From NCBI RefSeq assembly GCF_009914755.1, contig NC_060931.1: 64,000 nucleotides of DNA. One strand, written 5' to 3'. Made by a program: the position numbers and the translations under genes. Origin of the DNA: the human T2T-CHM13v2.0 reference genome, Homo sapiens. A model generated the notes under the pieces. That model was given only the letters and a program-made list of their open reading frames with translations, was not told the origin of the DNA and searched no databases. This document shows positions 62,492-64,000 of the stretch, one piece after another; position 1 is the stretch's first letter; each line of letters opens with the position of its first letter.

Positions 62492-63591
62492 GATCCAAAT
62501 AAAATAATTAAATCAGTCAGGACTGAGAGATCTAGATGCATGTTGACTCTTAGGGAGTTCATGGGATCGTCACCAAATCTATTCTTGCATCACCTGAATC
62601 TTCCCAGGTTGAAGATGAGAGCAGACACTGAAGGTCATATTCTTGCTGCTGGCTTGTATTTGCTGCCAAGTCCCCCAGGGCATGTTCTTTTTCCTTCTGT
62701 GAATCAGGTCGGATTTCATATACCATTTTGTGTTATTTATTTTGGAATTTTTCTCTTAAAATAGCTCCTCCGTAAAGAAAGCATATTGTTCATATCATTG
62801 TGATTATGATTTCAGCAAAGGAGATAAAACTCTATAATAAAATAAATGTCCTTCCTAGAAAAATATTTGAGTTGAATAAAACTTCAGAATACTGCCAGGA
62901 ATATTGTAACTTTCGTTTGCCTCAAAATGCTATTCTGATCCTTCATCTTTCATTATTAATCCATTCAACAACCATTTATTAAACCCTTACATTTGTGCCA
63001 GAACCTTCTAGACATACTGATTTAAAACATGTATTCTCAAGTTGCAAAATCGCCCTCCAGATCACCCTGGGTCATTGGATCAACGATACAATAATGTGTA
63101 TTGTTGATTATCAGGTCAACAATGATCCAATACACGTTATTGGGTCAAAATTGTTGACCTAATTCACATTATATGTGTTTTTCACTCAAAAAGTCTGGAA
63201 GGCTCAGAAAAGACTGGAGGAAATGCACATTTTTTCCTCTGTCATACCCATGCATATTGGTTGTTCTAGATTAGATAATTAAGTAGACTTAGTGCAAAAA
63301 TCATTTTATTTTCATATTTCACTATTTAGGTTATTGGTATATTTGTAACTTTTTACTTTTAACTACTGCTTTAAGCGTTTTTCATTGATGACATTAAGCA
63401 TGTAAGAAATGATCTTAATGGTTATTTTGACTATAGATATCAGTGTCTTTCTCATTATGTGCTTTGTATAAGAAAGGACATAAATATCAAGCAAGAAATA
63501 ACAAAAGCATTGCATTCAGAAACAAGAACATACAAGTTAATGAAAAGAAGGTAAAACATAATTTTTTCGACCATTAAAAACATAGGAAAGG

Positions 63592-63880
63592 GGCCAGGCA
63601 TGATGGCTTTTGCCTGTAATCTCAGCACTTTGGGAGGCTGAGAGGAGAAGATCATTTGAGGCTAAGAGTTCGAAATCAGCCTGGGTAACATAGTGAGACC
63701 CCCCATCTCTATAACAAAACTTAAAATTAGCCTAGTGTGGTGCCATGTGCCTGCAGTCTTATCTGCTGGAGTGGCTAAACCTGGAAGATGGGTTGAGCCC
63801 ACAAATTTGAGGATGCAGTGAGCTATGATTGCCCCACTGCACTCCAGCCAGGGTAACAGAACAAGAGCCTGTCTGTAAAA
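63592..63880 (+). mobile_element. AluJ
   Basis: AACATAGTGAGACCCC and GTGAGCTATGATTG. Confidence 0.9.
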
Positions 63881-64000
63881 TATATATATATGTAAAATAT
63901 GTGTATATGTGTATATAAATAATATGTGTATACTATATATGTGTGTGTATATGTATACATATATACATATGTGTGTATACTATATATGTGTGTGTATGTA
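63880..64000. repeat. (TA/TG)n low-complexity repeat, runs off the window
   Basis: Direct read. Confidence 0.9.

Overview
Human genomic DNA, AT-rich and repeat-dense, lying inside CNTNAP2 (7q35) and transcribed on the + strand. The only host coding sequence is one 194-bp exon at 26134-26327, matching CNTNAP2 exon 3 (F5/8 type C discoidin domain); the ORF track misses it. The rest is intron 2 and intron 3, filled with L1, Alu, MaLR/ERVL/ERV1 LTRs, L2, MIR, hAT MERs and tandem repeats. I found no new protein-coding system. The most unusual structure is at about 6.9-11.1 kb: a 5'-inverted L1PA3-like element lacking about 2.3 kb, a perfect 78-bp AT-rich palindrome, an abutting 30-copy 32-bp VNTR built from quasi-palindromes, and a second L1 3' end in inverted orientation. 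Other notable items are an AluYb8/9 inserted into the TSD of an AluY inside an MST LTR, a tailless Alu with a 20-bp TSD that creates a splice acceptor, a sense THE1 LTR with a consensus DUX4 site, and a micro inverted triplication. Subfamily names come from recalled consensus sequences, not a database search, and boundaries of old repeats are approximate.
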